This document shows positions 60,414 through 64,000 of a stretch of 64,000 nt of DNA, in pieces. Positions within the stretch are counted from its first letter, which is position 1, and each line of letters opens with the position of its first letter. Under the pieces are notes generated by a model. That model searched no databases. It was given only the letters and a program-made list of their open reading frames with translations, and had not been told where the DNA came from. The DNA is from Candidatus Melainabacteria bacterium 17Bon1m (lineage in GTDB: Bacteria > Cyanobacteriota > Vampirovibrionia > Obscuribacterales > Obscuribacteraceae): assembly GCA_032128875.1 (NCBI GenBank), contig JAVLKG010000004.1, forward strand, positions 448,001-512,000, read 5' to 3'. The position numbers were made by a program, and so were the translations under genes.

Positions 60414-61709
60414 TTACCGAGTTTGACCCGAATCCGCACTGCTCTTGTTTTGAGTAGGCGCCGGTTTTGTCGCTATAGGACCATCCATAGCAACATGCAG
60501 GATGCCCTGCGGATCGTCCTTAGCTATCCTATCAATTCTATCCATCAGTTCGTCTGTACTGATGTTAAGCAAACCAATGTTGTCATCGCTCTGCTTGCGG
60601 TCCTTGTCCTCTAACAAACGGTCCTTCGAATTTAGGAGGACTACCCAGAGAAACTTCGAAGGCTCTTTGCCTACGCCAATCGGTCGGTCGCCGATCGTTT
60701 TTACATAAGCCTGATGACCCGCCTTGTTTATGACCTGACTGCCCGCTTCCGGATAGATGAGAGTGACCTTGTCGCGGTCAATTTCAAATAAATGGACGAA
60801 ACAATCAGAATTGGTCGAGAATTGGATAATTAGAGGCTCGCCAACATAGTAGTCCGTGCGTGGCTTGTTAAAACTTATCGAGATGGGCATGATTGGAGGT
60901 TGTGCCGTGGTCCACGAATCTACCAGAGGTTTGGCCAGAAGGCTGCTACCAACGAGAAACACGACAATTGCCGCCAGACAGAATGCTAAAACAGGTGAAG
61001 CCGCTACTCTCGCCGACCTTGGGCGAGCCATTTTGAGATTCTCTTCGACGCCCAAATCCTTCAAGGAGTCCACCCAGAGAGCTAATCTTATTGACGTTGT
61101 AGGCAAATTGAGACCAGGAAGACTGGCGGTGTCGCCGCAGTGCATTGCCACTACTGAAGTATCGTCAAATATAGGAGAGCCGGAATCGCCTGGCGCAAGC
61201 GCAAGGTCATGCAGGATGTGATAGTTGTCCGAACGCCTCAGTTCGCCCAGCATGCGTCCTAATTGCGCAAGTGGCGCAGGCGCTGAGGTGTACTGCCCGA
61301 GATGCACAGGATACCTGATTGCAGAAAGAGGTTGGAAGTTCTTCAGTTCTTTTCCGTAGGTGATCGGCAAAGCATTTGCTTCTCGCTCAGGGCCCGAAAG
61401 ATCGACCAGCAATATGGCAGCATCAAAAGTTACTAGTTGGTCGGCTTGCCTGCCGAAATTTGGATGAAGCCGCACTTCTCTTACGGCATAGCGGTTTCCT
61501 GATGACGGGAATTTGATCTGCAACGATTTGCTTGAGGAAGCGAAAGGCTCTACTACGTGACCACAAGTAACAAGCAGATTTGGCGCTGCCTTCCAGGCTT
61601 GACCAATGATTGTCTCTTTATCGCCGTCCAGCCTTATCACGTTGGCTAGTGCGGCACTGAAGACATCAGGATTTTCGGGCACCCCGCTTGTCTTGTGCTG
61701 ATTGTCCAT
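60414..61709 (-). CDS. Trypsin-like serine protease - TM - DUF4384 fusion
   Basis: VTCGHVV (His), FDAAIL (Asp), PGDSGSPI (Ser); TM VLAFCLAAIVVFLVG; YYVGEPL..STNSDCFVHLFEID..VTLIYP. Confidence 0.82.
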   Translation of the reverse strand: MDNQHKTSGVPENPDVFSAALANVIRLDGDKETIIGQAWKAAPNLLVTCGHVVEPFASSSKSLQIKFPSSGNRYAVREVRLHPNFGRQADQLVTFDAAILLVDLSGPEREANALPITYGKELKNFQPLSAIRYPVHLGQYTSAPAPLAQLGRMLGELRRSDNYHILHDLALAPGDSGSPIFDDTSVVAMHCGDTASLPGLNLPTTSIRLALWVDSLKDLGVEENLKMARPRSARVAASPVLAFCLAAIVVFLVGSSLLAKPLVDSWTTAQPPIMPISISFNKPRTDYYVGEPLIIQFSTNSDCFVHLFEIDRDKVTLIYPEAGSQVINKAGHQAYVKTIGDRPIGVGKEPSKFLWVVLLNSKDRLLEDKDRKQSDDNIGLLNISTDELMDRIDRIAKDDPQGILHVAMDGPIATKPAPTQNKSSADSGQTR

Positions 61710-61969
61710 GAGAGGTACTTAGACCCAAGTCCTTTCTAGTCTAGCCATGCGCTTCCCTTGGAATTCTCGGCCGGCAGACCGGATCGGGAAGCTATTTACG
61801 AGATTATAAGTGATTGCCGGGTCTTCGGGTCATAACCTTGTCATATTTGATTGCCAATTCTTACCTGGCAGACGTCCGTGTGCACTACGTTTTGCCTTAA
61901 GACGATATGATCTTACGAACTGTAGTGGGACGGAGCTTATCTTGATAAGTTCGGGCATCCGAGGTCGAA

Positions 61970-63460
61970 GTGCTGACTAGTCAGGGACAAATTGAAGAAT
62001 TGCTCGATATTGCGCCGGATTGGCGTCAGATCTTCGATTCGCTTTCAAAAGATGCCGGTTTTGCAGATGTCAAAACAGTAGCGGGCTCGCATGCCCAAAA
62101 ACCTAAAAGCGTTGGGCTTTTTGAGCTTTTCGAACGGCTTGGAGCCAAGGCGCTTTACAAGAAAGCTCAATCGCTCAAAGAGGACCGTGAAAAGTTTCTT
62201 GTCCTGGTCCGGAATTTTTATTTGCAGCCTGTGGCAGCAAAAATGGTTGGTAATAACCAGAATTTGAAGAGGTTTTTCGTTCAGCGCCGCGTTGCTGCAG
62301 ATGAGCAAAAGCGACACGCATTATCAATTGCTACGGAGCTGGCTGAAAAACTCGAGGGTGCTGTGCGCAAGCATCTGCTTTCGCAAGCTGAAGATGGCTT
62401 CAAAGTGCTCTTGCCTGCTTATGTTCAACGCTCCGTGCATAATCAAGTAATCGACTATATTCGAGAAGAGTGGGACTGGGAAAAGAGTACCCTGCAGGAT
62501 TTGAATCTCGATCCCGAGCAGGAAGACCCACGCCAGAATACTGCCGACGACAGCCAGTATATGCCCGAAAACCAAGCTCTATCAGGCGAACAGGTAGGTC
62601 AGCTTAACCAGTTGCGAGACATGCTTGAAAAAATGCTCGCCGATAAGAAGAACCAGAAAGAGCCTCTGGAAGTGGTTGACTGTATGTTCGGGCTTGGTCT
62701 TACGAAATTCTCGACAGCTGGAAAAGAGCTGACGATGAGAGAATGCTGCGATATTCTTCAGTTGCCGGGCGAGACGCAAGCAAGAAAAATAGCTCGATGC
62801 CAGGTTTTGCTGGACAAAGGGCTGTCGATGGTGCGAGAAGGAATCAGGCAAAACCTGCCTGGCATCGCCGATTGCTGGCAAAGAGAAACGAATGTCAATC
62901 GGGCCTCGCGCCGAGAACTCAATCAGCAGCTTGGTATGACCGAAAGCGAAGTTGAGCGCTTGATTCTGCAGAGGCAATACCGGCGCCTTCTCGAGCTGGT
63001 AGAAAAATCAATATTGAAAGAACAAAGACTGCAGGAACTCGAAGCAAAAGGTGCTGTGGCTGCATTTGTTCCGGTGGATATCAATTCGGCTACTAATCGC
63101 GATCTCATGGATATCCTCGGGTTGAACAAAGAGACAGCCCAGAAAGTTTGCGAAAGACGCCCCTTTGCGCATCTATCTAATCTAGTCGAGCTGAATTTGT
63201 TAACAGAAAACGCTTTGAAAAACGCGCTAAGCCGCGGCTGTGTACTGAAAGTCGTTATTGAGGGCGGTAAACGCAAAGATATAAATTCGGCGCCGCTGGA
63301 TGAACTAGTTAAGGCAGGTCTTGAGTCTGGGTTGGCAAAGCGCATTGAAAGAGGGCGGCCATTCGGCACCTGGGCGGAACTTGAGGATTATCTGCAGATC
63401 GACCTTAGCAAGGAGCCGGTATTGCGACAAAATTTTTGTTTGGGGATTTTTTCCGACTAA
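61970..63460 (+). CDS. Sigma-70-family-like protein with three C-terminal helix-hairpin-helix (ComEA-type) repeats
   Basis: GAGG RBS plus GTG; region 2-like LPAYVQRSVHNQVIDYIR; region 4-like VVDCMFGL..ELTMRECCDILQL; NVNRASRREL, DINSATNRDL, DINSAPLDEL. Confidence 0.72.
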   Translation: MLTSQGQIEELLDIAPDWRQIFDSLSKDAGFADVKTVAGSHAQKPKSVGLFELFERLGAKALYKKAQSLKEDREKFLVLVRNFYLQPVAAKMVGNNQNLKRFFVQRRVAADEQKRHALSIATELAEKLEGAVRKHLLSQAEDGFKVLLPAYVQRSVHNQVIDYIREEWDWEKSTLQDLNLDPEQEDPRQNTADDSQYMPENQALSGEQVGQLNQLRDMLEKMLADKKNQKEPLEVVDCMFGLGLTKFSTAGKELTMRECCDILQLPGETQARKIARCQVLLDKGLSMVREGIRQNLPGIADCWQRETNVNRASRRELNQQLGMTESEVERLILQRQYRRLLELVEKSILKEQRLQELEAKGAVAAFVPVDINSATNRDLMDILGLNKETAQKVCERRPFAHLSNLVELNLLTENALKNALSRGCVLKVVIEGGKRKDINSAPLDELVKAGLESGLAKRIERGRPFGTWAELEDYLQIDLSKEPVLRQNFCLGIFSD

Positions 63461-63538
63461 TTTTCCGGGCTTGCCCGTTGACCTACCTGTGGAAGGACAC
63501 GCGCCTCCAACTGGGACTGTAACTAGAGGGTTTGTGAG

Positions 63539-64000
63539 ATGGCTAGCAAAGTAGAGATTTGCCCGGAAGTAGCCCGCATGGCTCAAGTAAAGGTGCGCTC
63601 GCTCGGAGCCTCTCTGGCTAATGAGCTGTCCCGCTTGATTGCAGAGGAATCGATCCTCTCCATAGATCCTGAAGTGGACCTGGTTGTCGAGGCCGCCAAT
63701 ACATTGACTGAAATCGACGCGCTCGTTTCTGCCGCCGGCGTAAATGGAATTGGCGTAAATGGACGCGAAATAGATGTGCGACCGCTATCTCAAGATGGTT
63801 TTGTTTCGGTTCCGCGTTTGCTAATCGGAACACCTTATTTATCGGCAGGCACACTGGTTGTGCAATTGAGCGGTCATAGCGGGCAAGTCGTGGCCCATTT
63901 GGGACCGGGAAGTTTCCTCGCTCAAGAAGATAAAGCCGGTAATGACGACTATGTACATGTACGAGTCAACATCGACCCCTCGTTTGACCTGGAGAAAACT
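63539..64000 (+). CDS. Hypothetical protein, DUF1822-like N-terminus (3'-truncated; absent from ORF track)
   Basis: GAGGG RBS plus ATG 63539; open for 154 codons to the window end: MASKVEICPEVARMAQ...IDVRPL..VSVP..GTLVVQL..GQVVAH. Confidence 0.7.
   Translation, partial: MASKVEICPEVARMAQVKVRSLGASLANELSRLIAEESILSIDPEVDLVVEAANTLTEIDALVSAAGVNGIGVNGREIDVRPLSQDGFVSVPRLLIGTPYLSAGTLVVQLSGHSGQVVAHLGPGSFLAQEDKAGNDDYVHVRVNIDPSFDLEKT

Noticed and set aside
1-64000. tRNA, rRNA, tmRNA, SRP and RNase P genes; numerous short overlapping ORFs in the track
   Set aside because: No T-arm or other signature seen in intergenic DNA. The short ORFs are antisense or out-of-frame shadows of well-supported genes.

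Overview
Gene-dense bacterial chromosomal segment with about 55 CDS. I found no rRNA, tRNA, CRISPR array, prophage or intact IS. Gene content suggests a non-photosynthetic relative of Cyanobacteria (Vampirovibrionia/Melainabacteria, probably Obscuribacterales); this is inferred from the 3-POTRA Omp85, glyA-WecA synteny, zwf-opcA, ACT-fused malic enzyme and absence of photosynthesis genes. Housekeeping blocks: tmk; bamA-skp-lpxD-lpxC; lptD-ROK kinase; selD-yedF; zwf-opcA-pgl-gnd; recO; glyA-WecA; crcB-DUF190; malic enzyme; SOD; two two-component pairs. Best candidate for an undescribed system (59.3-64 kb): a sigma-70-family protein fused to three ComEA-type helix-hairpin-helix repeats, followed by a DUF1822-like gene. 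These are transcribed divergently from a membrane-spanning trypsin protease-DUF4384 fusion and a secreted DUF4384 protein. Other notable items: (i) an unannotated papain-fold cysteine protease with a PsbP/DcrB-like partner and a DUF6745 gene; (ii) an IS1595-transposase derivative whose DDE core appears replaced by a DprA-type winged helix; (iii) a 32-bp palindromic intergenic element in 4 copies; (iv) a roughly 250-nt four-hairpin structured region upstream of crcB. All family assignments come from motif recognition by eye, not database searches.
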